Virus record (IMG/VR): IMGVR_UViG_3300035208_001903
Direction: 5' to 3' (one strand)
DNA: 64,000 nt
Source: an uncultured virus (IMG/VR IMGVR_UViG_3300035208_001903)
Taxonomy: Duplodnaviria > Heunggongvirae > Uroviricota > Caudoviricetes
Part shown: piece by piece, positions 19,169 through 31,000 of the stretch
How the letters are laid out: each line of letters starts with the position of its first letter
Position numbering within the stretch: the first letter of the stretch is position 1
Notes under the pieces: generated by a model
What the model saw: only the letters and a program-made list of their open reading frames with translations
What the model was told of the DNA's origin: nothing
Database searches by the model: none
Program-made: the position numbers and the translations under genes

Positions 19169-20183
19169 CTATTCAAATTTATATACTGAAACATTTGGAC
19201 CGTTTCGCATATCGTTTGAAACAATAACAGCTTCAACAAGGTCCCACTCACTACAATCAATGTTTCTCCACTTAGCAATATAACCGGCATGTTTTGAACA
19301 AGCTATCGGCGCCTCCCGTTGCATTGAACCAATATTATAACCTTGATCTTGCATATACTTTATAGCTTTATTAACAGCTTTAAAGTCTTCTGAACTGTCA
19401 ACACTGAACATAAGATCATACTTTCGGTTAGTTGATGTGGCGATTTCTTTTACGTCTTTAAGTGAACTCATAATGTTTTCCTTTCAGTTAATCTTAATAT
19501 ATATCATGGTACTTAGTTTGTCAAGAGTTATTTAGATTTCTTTTTAAGTTGTTTCAATGTTTCACCGCCGCCGCAATCCTTAGTATTTTTATATTGACAA
19601 GTCTTGCAGGCATTCAATCCTTCAAACTGTACTATCCAACAGTCCGAAGTTAATGTAGACTGATCAATTTCCTTTGAGAACGTAGGAACTATTTGGCCGT
19701 TTTCAATCTTGGCTTTTTGATAAAGCATTGTTAGTTTCCTTTCAGATTATTTTATCGTCCTTACCAATTGTATAGCTTGAACCACGACTTCTTTTAGTAA
19801 GCATCAAAAGAAAAACGGGTTTCCATCCAGATGTCACACCAATAGTACCCCGTTTCTTTTCATAACCAAAGTCAACAGTTACACGTTCACCACTGTTAAA
19901 TGCTGGTATAAAAGATTTATTAAGATCGGAAGGATCAAACGACTTACCATATTCACGTTGTTTACGTTCAATATAATCATTAAATTGCATTGTTAGTTTC
20001 CTTTCCAAGATATTTTTCTGTATAGTATTCAATTGCTTTAACGTTATCAGTTTCATAAAAGAGAACGTTATCGGTTAGGTTATAAGTATTACAAAGGAAT
20101 TGACCTAACCTCAGAGGATTCTTTTTGGTCTGATAATACTCTAAGACGATTGCATTGAATTTGATTATAGGTTCGTTATTCAT
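19169..20183 (-). CDS. small early hypothetical proteins (19169, 19528, 19742 with probable start MQFND near 19990, 19980)
   Basis: Short ORFs behind consensus promoters or GAAAGG RBS sites. Confidence 0.55.
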
Positions 20184-20506
20184 AGTTATAATATACTATA
20201 TGGTTTTAGGTTTGTCAAGAGGGCAAGATATATTATGATTAAGTAAATATGTTACGCGCTCAACAACAAACTTATTCAACGGAGGTTTAGCCTGAGTTCC
20301 AAAGATGGCTTTATTACTATTAGTATCAACAACAACCCAGCCCTGATAGTTCTCTTGATACTCTGCCTTGTATCTTTTAAGAACCTCTGTATGTTGAATT
20401 GTTTTTCTCATGACAATAATATATATCATGCCTAACGAAATGTCAAGAGTTGTTTTAATTTAAATAAGACCTTGACAAATTAACTACACTGATGTATATT
20501 GTTATT

Positions 20507-20582
20507 ACTGAAATATCTGGTGGGTCTTAATTCACCGGGGAACTAAGACGGGACCTGGTCTTTTATTTAAGCGGTTAAACTA
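20507..20582 (+). ncRNA. copy 2 of the ~76-nt small RNA motif
   Basis: Same conserved blocks, hairpin TCTGGTGGGT/ATTCACCGGG, own promoter at about 20472-20500. Confidence 0.65.
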
Positions 20583-20598
20583 AAGATTAAATAAAACA

Positions 20599-20622
20599 AG
20601 AGGAGACCTTTCGATCTCCTCT
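20599..20622 (-). terminator. intrinsic terminator hairpin
   Basis: AGAGGAGA/TCTCCTCT stem with a T-rich tail on the minus strand, downstream of the 20657 gene. Confidence 0.65.
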
Positions 20623-20656
20623 GTTTCCAATTAAGTGAATCTAATCTAGTTGAAGA

Positions 20657-20821
20657 TTATTCCCGGCCAACCGCCCTGTCAACCGCCTGCTTGACCGTCT
20701 GAGGAGTCATACCGACCTTCCGGGCGATCTCGCTGTTCGACATCTTGGACATCTTCGCCAGGACCACCGCCGCCGCCGACCGACTCTTGTACTGCACCGC
20801 TCCCATTTTGTAGGCCTTCAT
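20657..20821 (-). CDS. small HTH DNA-binding protein, GC-rich gene
   Basis: YKSRSAAA..SNSEIARKVGMTPQTV HTH pattern; paralog of 26207-26404. Confidence 0.75.
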   Translation of the reverse strand: MKAYKMGAVQYKSRSAAAVVLAKMSKMSNSEIARKVGMTPQTVKQAVDRAVGRE

Positions 20822-20932
20822 GTTTGGCCCCTTTCTTTGATTGAAGTGATTAAGCATTGAAGTCTTCTTGTTTCTCATGTTACTAATATACATCATGGTA
20901 CTGAGTTTGTCAAGGGGTAAAGTTAATTATTT

Positions 20933-21429
20933 TTAAAGGATAAGATCTTCAAGGTAATCGGGTTCCAGTCCGTATTCCTCTTCCATAAAATCAAACGGCA
21001 TATCGCCATCTTCCAAACGGGCAGTCAAAGCATTTTTGGCCCGGGCAATTTCTTTATCAGCTTCTTCTGCCGTCATGCCGTCACGTTCCATCAAGACCTT
21101 TTTAAGTTCGCTCATACAATATCCTTTCTGTTAAGTGTAAGGATAATATAATTCATGGTACTGAGTTTGTCAAGGGGTAAAGTTAATTATTCTACCCATA
21201 TTAAATTATCATCACAGTAATCATATATTTGGCTTATAACTTTATTAAACTTTGCTTCAGTTTTAACTTTCTTAATAAAAGGAATGAACTGCTTAAGGCA
21301 TGATATACTTGAAAGCCGTTCAATCCATAAAGGTTTAATTCGTTCAATTTCAATTAATTCATCAGCTGCTGAAGAATCATATGAGTAGATTAAATCCGTA
21401 AGTTTGATCTTCTGTTTCCAGTTTGCCAT
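20933..21429 (-). CDS. two small early hypothetical proteins (20933-21115, 21187-21429)
   Basis: Each has a near-identical ~60-bp promoter/leader module. Confidence 0.6.
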
Positions 21430-21569
21430 ATTGTTTCCTTTCTGTTAAGTGTAAGGATAATATATATCGTGGTACTGAGTTTGTCAAGGTTTATTTTAAT
21501 TTAAATAAGACTTGACAAACATCTCGCCATGATATATATTATGTATACCTAAACGAAAGAAGGTATTCA

Positions 21570-21926
21570 ATGCCAAGAGGTCGAAAGCCAAATCTTAATC
21601 CTGTAACAGTTGATACTTCCAAACTTGCAACCCTGCCTGAAACCAAAGAGAAAAACGGATATCATTATACCTTGGTAACTCGTTCAGCCAAAGCCGCAAT
21701 ATATAAAATGGTGAACCTGAAAGAACCTGAAGACAAGTCAGTTCATTATGAGGTATTCAAAGTCTGTATAGCACCGGCAGTTACATTAATAAGTAAAACA
21801 TCTGGCAAGGCTTATGTATATCCACCTACTGAAAGATTTCCCGGTAATAATGACTTTGGTGTTTATGCCTGGACATATAACACTAAAGAATATGCAATGC
21901 AGAAATATAACGAACTGAACAAATAA
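21570..21926 (+). CDS. hypothetical protein with AT-hook-like N-terminus
   Basis: Starts MPRGRKP; has its own plus-strand promoter at about 21512-21540. Confidence 0.65.
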   Translation: MPRGRKPNLNPVTVDTSKLATLPETKEKNGYHYTLVTRSAKAAIYKMVNLKEPEDKSVHYEVFKVCIAPAVTLISKTSGKAYVYPPTERFPGNNDFGVYAWTYNTKEYAMQKYNELNK

Positions 21927-21965
21927 GACCTTGACAAATTAAGAACCATGATGTATATTGTTATT

Positions 21966-22044
21966 ACTGAAACATCTGAGCGGGTAGTCTAACCGGTCGG
22001 GGAACTAAGACGGAACCTGGTCCTTCATTTAACCGCTTAAACTA
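21966..22044 (+). ncRNA. copy 3 of the ~76-nt small RNA motif
   Basis: Conserved blocks after the promoter at about 21931-21959. Confidence 0.62.
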
Positions 22045-22266
22045 AAACTATAAAAAAAGGAATGAGTACCTTTAGAATGATCAATTCCAAGGTACTCATC
22101 TTAGACCTTCTCGAGTGTCTAATTTATAACTACTATACCTGATGATGAATCGTATGCGTAGGATATTGAATAGTTGTTTCTAGAATAAACTATCTCACCT
22201 AGCAGAAAACGTATCAAACAGATAGTTCGTTATTTATCCTCTCTTTCAGTTCATACATAATATACA

Positions 22267-22644
22267 TCATGTCTTTAAAAAAGTCAAGGCCCAGTTTAAT
22301 ATTTTTTTAGGTGAAGTCTGTTGATTGATAGTCGGTTCAATTGTTTTAATCATTATAGGATTAGTTTCAATGCCATTACGTTTTAAGTATTGTTCAAGTG
22401 CTTTACGTCTGGCATTAATAGTAATAGGTGAAGTAAAAGACTTACTTTTATTTAATTGTTGTTCTAGTTTATATAGAAGGTTAGTTTTAATAACTTCCTT
22501 AATATGTCTACATGTTCTACGGAAAGCAAAGCCTGAACAAGTACAATAGATTGAATTATTAGTCTTAGTAAGTTTATATGTTGAGCCAGACTTACTATGA
22601 CAAACAATTAAATTATCTTGGATAGTAAAGGTATCTTCAGTCAT
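22267..22644 (-). CDS. SWIM zinc-finger protein
   Basis: [14 protein letters not shown] (CxC..CxH). Confidence 0.75.
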   Translation of the reverse strand: MTEDTFTIQDNLIVCHSKSGSTYKLTKTNNSIYCTCSGFAFRRTCRHIKEVIKTNLLYKLEQQLNKSKSFTSPITINARRKALEQYLKRNGIETNPIMIKTIEPTINQQTSPKKILNWALTFLKT

Positions 22645-22875
22645 TTATTTCATTTCATTGACTTGAGACTCGATTTGAGACCAGACTTGAGAACTGACTT
22701 GAAACCAAACTCGAGACCCGACTTGAGACCAGACTTGAGAATCGACTTGAGACTCGACTTGAGACCCGACTTGAGACCAGACTTGAGAATCGACTTGAGA
22801 CCAGACTTGAGAATCGACTTGAGAATCGACTTGAGACCTGACTTGATCCCTATTTTTAATTTGTCTTAGTTTCAT
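22645..22875 (-). CDS. MKL-family protein built from (x-S-Q-V)n repeats
   Basis: 12-bp repeat array, about 16 units. Confidence 0.75.
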   Translation of the reverse strand: MKLRQIKNRDQVRSQVDSQVDSQVWSQVDSQVWSQVGSQVESQVDSQVWSQVGSRVWFQVSSQVWSQIESQVNEMK

Positions 22876-23843
22876 TCGTCTGATTCTTCTGGCTCTTCAG
22901 GAGCTTCAATATTAAGGGAAGGGAAATACATAATACTATCCATACCCATTGAATCAGTATGCATATCACGAAAACAATTAATAACAGTTTGCTTAGTTGT
23001 AAATGGTAAAGAAACTAATTCTTCCATTGTACATGATTCTACCATATCAATAATAAATCCAGCAATAGAACCGATAGACCCAACAAGACCAAAACATTTC
23101 TTTCCATACATAGCACGCCCGGAATAATTATAATATGGTTCCAGTTTATTATCTTCAGCACAACTAATTATATCTTGAGCAATATCTGAATCAGAATCAA
23201 TTGTAATGTTATTCATACTGTTTCCTTTCAGTTAATTTGTCAATCTATATCAAGATGTTTAATACAAAAATCAGCGGCACCTTCATAATCATCATACCTA
23301 AAATAATTAGCACGTTTATATGCGGTTTCAGTAATTCCTTCAAACGGCATACTCTCTTTACCGGTAGAAGGATATACTACAATATCATCTGAAGAACGAT
23401 TCTCAGAAAATGCAACCCAAGTATACTTCGGTTTATCACCATTAATATCACCAAGATTACCAATTATAAAACCTTGTTCCCTACAATTCTGATAATGGTT
23501 CAATGTCAAATAATCATTACTTTTAATTGTCTTAAGTTTATAATTAATCGTCTGAAGAAGTTTTCGTGCCACATCAACTTTATTCGTGTGAATTTTCATA
23601 ATGTTTCCTTTCTATTCAGGTATGATATGAATATACATTATGGCTAAGTAAATGTCAAGAGGTAATTTCATCAAAAGAATTTCTTAATACATTATAGGCT
23701 ATTGCATTATCAATCTCTATATCTACATAATTCCCATTCTCATTAACTATATAACCAGTATAAGACTTATTACCACTACAAAACTTGGTTGTATTATTAC
23801 TTAACTTTAAATTAGTTCCTCTTTTAAACTTTAACTTAGTCAT
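22872..23843 (-). CDS. three hypothetical proteins (22872, 23240, 23655)
   Basis: Co-oriented ORFs with RBS. 22872 has a YSGRAMYGKKC motif seen in phage hypotheticals. Confidence 0.55.
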
Positions 23844-24087
23844 TTAGTTTCTCCTCATTTACTTGAGACCTGACTTGAGACCAGACTTGAGACCAGACTT
23901 GAGACCAGACTTGAGAATCGACTTGAGACCTGACTTGAGAAAAGACTTGAGACACGACTTGAGAATCGACTTGAGACCAGACTTGAGACCTGACTTGAGA
24001 AAAGACTTGAGAACTGACTTGAGAACTGACTTGAGACCTGACTTGAGACCAGACTTGAGACTGATATTTTATATTAGATAGTTTCAT
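23836..24087 (-). CDS. MKL-family protein built from (x-S-Q-V)n repeats
   Basis: 12-bp repeat array, about 17 units. Confidence 0.75.
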   Translation of the reverse strand: MKLSNIKYQSQVWSQVRSQVSSQVSSQVFSQVRSQVWSQVDSQVVSQVFSQVRSQVDSQVWSQVWSQVWSQVRSQVNEEKLND

Positions 24088-25055
24088 ATAACTTTAAGGA
24101 AGTCTTCAACGGTATGTGCATTCAAAGCATTACGAATATACCTGACATCATTACCACCAATCACCCTACGCCCATTCCCTTGCTCCTCTGCAATCACTCT
24201 AGCACGGTCTATCTCATAAGACTTCTTGGTAAACTCTTTAACAGGATTAAGTTTTGAATTATTCCTAACTTCAAATTCATCCGCTTTATCTTCACAAGCA
24301 CCGTCATAACTATTTTCAAATCCCATAATTCCTCCTTAATCAATCCATGAACTTACTTCAATACCATCATATCCATAATCTTTCAATGTCTTAATGGCAG
24401 CCTTACACTCTGCAACATTAACTGACATCTCCTGCCGACAAAGTGAAGTAATAATAATCAATTTATAATCAAGAACTCCCTTATACATAATCCAACTTCT
24501 GTTATTACCAGACCACTCATTATTCATAAACGGTATATTTTTCTTAATAACTTTAACTAACTTAGATCTTCCATCAAGCGATATGCTAGCTCCTCCACAT
24601 ACATCCAACATAGTCCCAACACACTTATTATCATTCAACTCATCATGAACTGTATATGCAGGTCCACGGCTTTTCAATTCATTAAGAACATTCTTTCCGG
24701 CAAGAGTAGCACTTTCAACAACCTCGTTCATTACATCATTAATTGATTTCATAATACATTCCTTTCTATTCAGGTATGATATGAATATACATTAGTGAAG
24801 TTAATTTGTCAAGGCTTATTTTGACCGCCCAGTTGGTAGATACCTTTCAATTTTCCTACGATAAAAACCAAACGGGAATGACGTATTAAGAATACTCGGA
24901 TCCTTAATAACACCAACACTATCCAATCTAAACCATTTGTCTTTATCAATAGGATGCACTTCATCAACACCAGCAATAGTCTTTTCACCAATTGACAACA
25001 GACGATATCCCTTACCCGGATCGTAGGCCTGATACAAATTGTGATTGGTTTTCAT
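24084..25055 (-). CDS. three hypothetical proteins (24084, 24336, 24816)
   Basis: ORFs behind promoter/leader modules. Confidence 0.55.
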
Positions 25056-25175
25056 TACTAATTCCTTTCTATTCAGGTATGATATGAATATACATCATGC
25101 CCATTAAAATGTCAAGAGTTATTCTAAACTAAATAAAACCTTGACAAACCTAAAACCATAATGTATATTGTTATA

Positions 25176-25250
25176 ACTGAAATATCTGGTAGACTAAATC
25201 TACCGGGGAACTAAGACGAAACCTGGTCTTCTATTTAAGCGGTTAAACTA
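25176..25250 (+). ncRNA. copy 4 of the ~76-nt small RNA motif
   Basis: Hairpin TCTGGTAGA/TCTACCGGG; promoter at 25141-25169. Confidence 0.65.
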
Positions 25251-25357
25251 AAGGTTAAATAAAAATAGCACTCCAACCACTAACAGGATTGGAGTGCCCT
25301 AAAATTTAAATTTTCAAACTTTAAGTAAATTAGAATTAAGTATTATGTGTTTTTAAT

Positions 25358-25885
25358 TTACGCCGGGACCTCCTCGGTCGAAGTGACTGCTACCGGTTCC
25401 GGAGTCTCAGTAACAGTGTTGTCAACAGGCGCCGCTTCCGGTTCCTTATCCTTCTTTACCTTCTTGGCTTTCTTGGACTTCTTGGCAGGCTTTTCCTTTG
25501 CCGGTTTCTTTGCGGCCTCTTCCTTCTGCCGCTTTTCAATATCTTCTTTGGTGGGAAGATGTTCGATACCAGCCTCTTTCAGGATCTCATTCAAAGCGGC
25601 CTTTGAAATCTCAACACGCTCTGAAATCATATTGGCGCTGTAATTGCCGGTCTTGGCCAAATGCAATGCCCTGTATGCCATATGACGGGCCGCAACCTTA
25701 CCATTCTTATCCAGAGCAGCCGCAACTGTCTGGGCCGAAATAACATCCTTCTTGGCAGCCTCGTTGATTACCTTGGCAATCTCTGAGGAACTGGTCATTC
25801 CACCCTTGGCCAATGCCCTTGCCGCATCAGAAGCCGAATTATACTCCACACCCTTAACCATAACTACTACACCTTTACGTGCCAT
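25358..25885 (-). CDS. HTH protein with Lys/Ala/Pro-rich histone-H1-like tail, GC-rich gene
   Basis: GVEYNSASDAARALA..SEIAKVI..AQTVAAA is related to the two small HTH proteins. Tail AAKKPAKEKPAKKSKKAKK. Confidence 0.7.
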   Translation of the reverse strand: MARKGVVVMVKGVEYNSASDAARALAKGGMTSSSEIAKVINEAAKKDVISAQTVAAALDKNGKVAARHMAYRALHLAKTGNYSANMISERVEISKAALNEILKEAGIEHLPTKEDIEKRQKEEAAKKPAKEKPAKKSKKAKKVKKDKEPEAAPVDNTVTETPEPVAVTSTEEVPA

Positions 25886-26206
25886 CAGCAACCCCTTTCA
25901 TTGAGTTAATATCCGTTCCAGCCATTCAAATAACAATATACATCATGCCCTTGAAAAAGTCAAGGGGCAAAATTCATTTCTTGACGATACCTTTTAGGCT
26001 TTATCACTTTAAAAATATTCATATCATACTTGTTAGAAACAACCTTAACTGCTTCTGCATAACTCTTTGCCAGTATAAACATTGCACCACGAAGATGATT
26101 CACTTCAATATTTACACGATAACTTTTCATATAGTATCCTTTCTCTCGCCAGTCTATACGACCTGAGAAACTTTCCTGTTTGCCCTGGATAAGCCAGGGC
26201 ACTAAC

Positions 26207-26404
26207 CTAACTGCGCCGGAGCAGCCCACCGACCCCGAGGTCCCGGGCCATCTTCGCCGCCATCGCCGCCGACACCGTGGCCGACCGGATCCCGACCTTC
26301 TTGGCAATCTGCTTCACCGGCATATGAGGATACCGGACCGCCATCGCCACCGCCGCCGCACTCCGACTCTGATACTTAATCGCCCCAAGCTTATAGACCT
26401 TCAT
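26207..26404 (-). CDS. small HTH DNA-binding protein, GC-rich gene
   Basis: YQSRSAAA..VKQIAKKVGIRSATV; paralog of 20657-20821. Confidence 0.75.
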   Translation of the reverse strand: MKVYKLGAIKYQSRSAAAVAMAVRYPHMPVKQIAKKVGIRSATVSAAMAAKMARDLGVGGLLRRS

Positions 26405-26489
26405 AAGGTCTCCTTTCATTGTTTGTTTAGGGGTCTTCTTTTCCATGCTTATAATATACATTAGTGCTGTTAGTTTGTCAAGTCTTATT

Positions 26490-27611
26490 TTAAACTATTT
26501 TATATAGAATTTCATGTTTCAAATCGTGTATTGCTGAAACTATCTTATCATAGCCTTTATAATTATGATTGACTCCACCGATATAATCTTTCATATGCTT
26601 AACTTCTCTTACATAAAATTCATGTTCAAAAAATCTATAGTCTGATGAACTGAAATAAATCATACAATCATCAGTAAACTTAATAAACGCAGAACAACAA
26701 TAATGATTAGGATGAAAGTCAACTGTAGCTTGTGGGAAACTCTTAACTAACAATGCCTTAAGCCGTCTGGTCTGAAGTTTTCCTTTAGGTCCCATATATC
26801 CACCAGTTTCACCATCCATAGGAACATAAACTGAATTCATTGTTCATCCTTTCGTTATAGAACTAATATACATCATGGTAACTAAAAAGTCAAGAGTTAA
26901 TCCCATTTAACATTTTCAAGGTCTTCCGTGGTAGGTACTTTCCAATTAAGTATCTTACCTGTTGCTAGTTCTATATCAATCATTATATAATCACCATAAT
27001 GATCTCCAGGCATGAATTCAGGAACATAACCATCTCTTGAAGCTAACTGATTACCTATATCATCTAACAAATCAACACTACAACAATCACTACACTTAGC
27101 AACAATACTAATAACCTTTGCATTACTGGGATTCATACTAACTCCTTTGGTTTAGTTTCTTTTATTTGTTGCTTTATTTTTTCCCATGAATGAGATAAAA
27201 TCTGGTTATCAATTATATCTATAACTTTATGAAATATTACAGGATCCATTTGCGACATTATTTTAAATAAACAATCACCCCACAATGCCTTCTGAACTTT
27301 TATATTAGATAGTTTCATTGCCCTAGTATTCCTTTAACGGCATCAGCTACTTCATCCTGTTTATCAATACTATTAGGGCAAATCTTATTGTTACAATGAG
27401 CTCCATCTACTAACTCACTACCACATAAATCGCATTCGTTCTCAAACCTTACTATAACTGTTTCACCATATATATCAGTAAAACACTTAATCAAATTGTT
27501 CCTAACCCAAACCTTCTCCTCATTATCAAAATCAGTACCTAAATCAAGTTCCGTATATATCCCATCAATACCAACAGAACTATCCCCTTTAGTCGTCAAT
27601 GTTACCTTCAT
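26490..27611 (-). CDS. early hypothetical proteins (26490, 26897, MKL-family 27133, 27315)
   Basis: ORFs behind promoter/leader modules. Confidence 0.55.
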
Positions 27612-27996
27612 TTGTATCCCCTTTCGTTATAGAACTAATATACATCAGGTAAACTAAATTGTCAAGAGTTATTTTAAATAGAATAGATCTGAAGGTTTGA
27701 TTTAGGATTTTTAAGAACTAACTGAGACATATCCATATTAACATTAAACCAACTATCATACAATTTAACCGGATGAAAACCAGCTATACTAAACTTACCA
27801 GACTCACAATATACCTTCTCAATACAACTCCTTCTAGACCTCTCCATTGAAGGATACATTTTAATACCTATATAATACATACTATGCCTTTCATTTAAGA
27901 TACAACTAATATACATCATGCCTAAGCAATTGTCAAGGTCTTATTTAAATTAAAATAACTCTTGACTTCTTAGTTACCATAATGTATATTGCTATA

Positions 27997-28075
27997 ACTG
28001 AAATATCTGATAGGTCTTCTATATCTATCGGGGAGCAAAGACGGAACCTGGTCTTCTATTTAAGCGGTTAAACTA
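27997..28075 (+). ncRNA. copy 5 of the ~76-nt small RNA motif
   Basis: Hairpin TCTGATAGGT/ATCTATCGGG; promoter at 27962-27990. Confidence 0.65.
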
Positions 28076-28076
28076 A

Positions 28077-31000
28077 TTAAATAAACTTCATATGTATTTC
28101 ACCCATCATTATATTATAAGCACTAATATCTGCCATAATAAGAAAATTATCAATACATCTATTACTTAATACTTCCCTAATATAAAAACTAATAAGTATT
28201 TCATTATATAACCTAATCTCCATATCCCAATATAAATCCATATCAATATCATGATACAACCTAGAAGAACTATTACCAATACAATCACTTAGTCTCATAT
28301 ATCTCACTTTCAATCATATTACTTAATCTAATAAACACCTGATACCTATCTATAATAGTCATATATATAATCTCTGGTACTATCCAATCTAAACTATCCT
28401 TTAATATATCAAAATTAATCGCGCCAACTACATAATTATTATAATCACCATCCTTTAAATTACTTAACCTCATATAATCCTATTAACTCCCGTTTAACTA
28501 TACTACCAATCATATCCATATTCCCTAAACTCGATATTTCCACACTAAAATTATCCTGTATCTTATCCAATATATCTAAATCAAAACAACTCCATATACT
28601 TAACTCTAATATCTGTATCATATCAATTACTATACCATTAACATTCATTATATCATTTAACCTTAACTGCTTCATGTAACTCCTCCCCTAATATATCCTT
28701 ACATATCCTTATAGAACTAAACCCTATTAATGAACTCACTTCCTTAGGCAATATCTCCCTTAAATCCAACTTCAAATACAATAACCTATCATTAACCTTC
28801 CATATATCATTTAACCTTAACTGCTTCATGTAACTCCTCCCTTAATATAGCCTTATCAATTATTACCCAACGAAACTCTTCCCGGTTATACATACTTATA
28901 GGCACTAATATACTTAACTTATCCTTGAAATACAATAACCTATAATACGCAATAGTATCAAACACACAATCCCAATAAACTATATTATCCTTAACCTCTC
29001 CTAACTTCATCTATACCTTCCCTTATTAACCTTAGTATACTAAGTTCCATTAAAATCGATGGCTGTAACTTAATCAACCATATTTTAATAGAACCATTAA
29101 TTAAACTATCTAACCTATTATTAATATCCCCAAAATAAGAATTATACATATAAGACCGCTTACGTAACTCTCTTAACTTCATATACACCAGCCCTAATAT
29201 AAGGATAAAGTAATCCTACTACCTTTAAATAAACAGAATACTCTAACCTACGTAAAACCATTAAAGAACTACTATAACTTAATGCAACTATCCCATCAAT
29301 AGAACAACTACACTCCCTTACATATCTCTCAACCCCTATATAACACTGTAACCTAATATTGTCTATATCCCTTACTTCATCTAGTCTCATTTAACCTCCT
29401 ACGCTTATAAGTAGCATATATCTCCAACTCAATTAAATCCTCTATAGGATTCTTATAATATCTCCTAGTCATTCCACAACCACTCATATAACTTGGTACT
29501 AAATACTCCATCCAGTCTATAAACCTTTGCAAATTAATCCTGTTCTTATTAATCTCAATTAACTCCCAATACATATCATCCATTATATCTACACCTATAT
29601 AATCACCTAGTCTCATTAATACCCTCCAAATAACTCATCATTGATACTGTTACCTATTGAATATATCAAACTACTATCTATTACATTCAAATCAGCAGCG
29701 TCAAATAACCAACAGATTTCATATAACATATCACTTACCATATCATGTAACACCTTAGGGTCTTCCATCCACTGAATACTATCTAACTCACTTAGTCTCA
29801 TACACCCTCCAATACCTTATCTATACTTACTTCATCTATAGCACTATCAATAAAATTAATCGATTCCATATCTATTGCCATTAACTCATTACTAAGTAAA
29901 TAAACCTTAGGATACTCTAACAACTTATTATGAAGTTCACTTATTGCAACAGGATTAAACATATACCTGTTATTCTTTATATCCATTAACTTCATCTATA
30001 ACATCCTTTACATAAAGAGACGAAAGAACATCTACACAATCCCATTCACTACTCTGTAATAACATAAGTATACTAACCTCATTCCTAACAGTAATTATCC
30101 AATCATTTATAAACCTGATACTAGGCATATACACATATCTACGACTATGATTACTTATCTCTATTAACTTCATCTCTTATACCTCCAGTAAACAAATCCC
30201 AATCATCACTCTGTAAACTTAAAAACCTATCAAAATATCCCCAATCTAACTCCCTAGTCTCCTTGTAAACTATATCCCATATCTTACCCTCTAAATCTAC
30301 TTCACCCCAATCTAACCATCTATTAATTTGTATATCCAATAGTTTCATGTATCTTCTCCAATATCAATAAACGATCTCTACCAAAACTATCTCTATCCAA
30401 TTTAACTCCAAACCTTTGCCATACCCGAGTCAAACAAGTATCAGGCACAATACTATCCCATAAAAGACTATTAAACCTAACAAACTCATTACCACGCATC
30501 TCACCATCTACCATATCAATTAAGTCAATCCCATCCTTAATATCCCTTAGTCTCATAAGATTCCTTTTACATTATCTATTTCAGTTCCTATAAACCATAT
30601 ACCGGTCCAAAGTAAATTCATAAACTTCTTTTCGACTATAGCCATATCATCTTCTTCTAACTGTATTAAAACTTCACGAAACATAGTTGAATCCATATCC
30701 ATAGTACTATTACTGATATGGGAAACAATACCTATAGTTTCTTTTACCTTAATGGAGTTATCAATATCTATTAGTTTCATGGTTTATTACTTGGTCTAGG
30801 ATGGATGAGTAGCACTGTTTTAGGTTAAGTTCGACAAATCTTCTGACTTTAGTATCCATAGTTGTTCTGTGACCGTTAAGCCAAGTTGATTCGAATAGGT
30901 TAAACTTAATAGGTGCTAGACAGAATTGGATATCGATATGATGACTAGTGATATATTGGTTATTAGGTTTAAGGTTAAGTAGTTTCATTGACTTGATCCA

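Noticed and set aside
20507..20582. Five-copy RNA as a hammerhead ribozyme or c-di-AMP/glutamine riboswitch
   Set aside because: CUGANGA is absent and GAAA is not conserved (GGAA and GGGA variants). Only short fragments resemble riboswitches, and no gene lies downstream.
25347..26464. ORFs 25347, 25498, 25879, 26180 (+) and the Arg-rich N-terminus of 25960 (-)
   Set aside because: Shadow frames of the GC-rich HTH genes. Only the C-terminal part of 25960 (from MKSYRV) is a plausible small gene.
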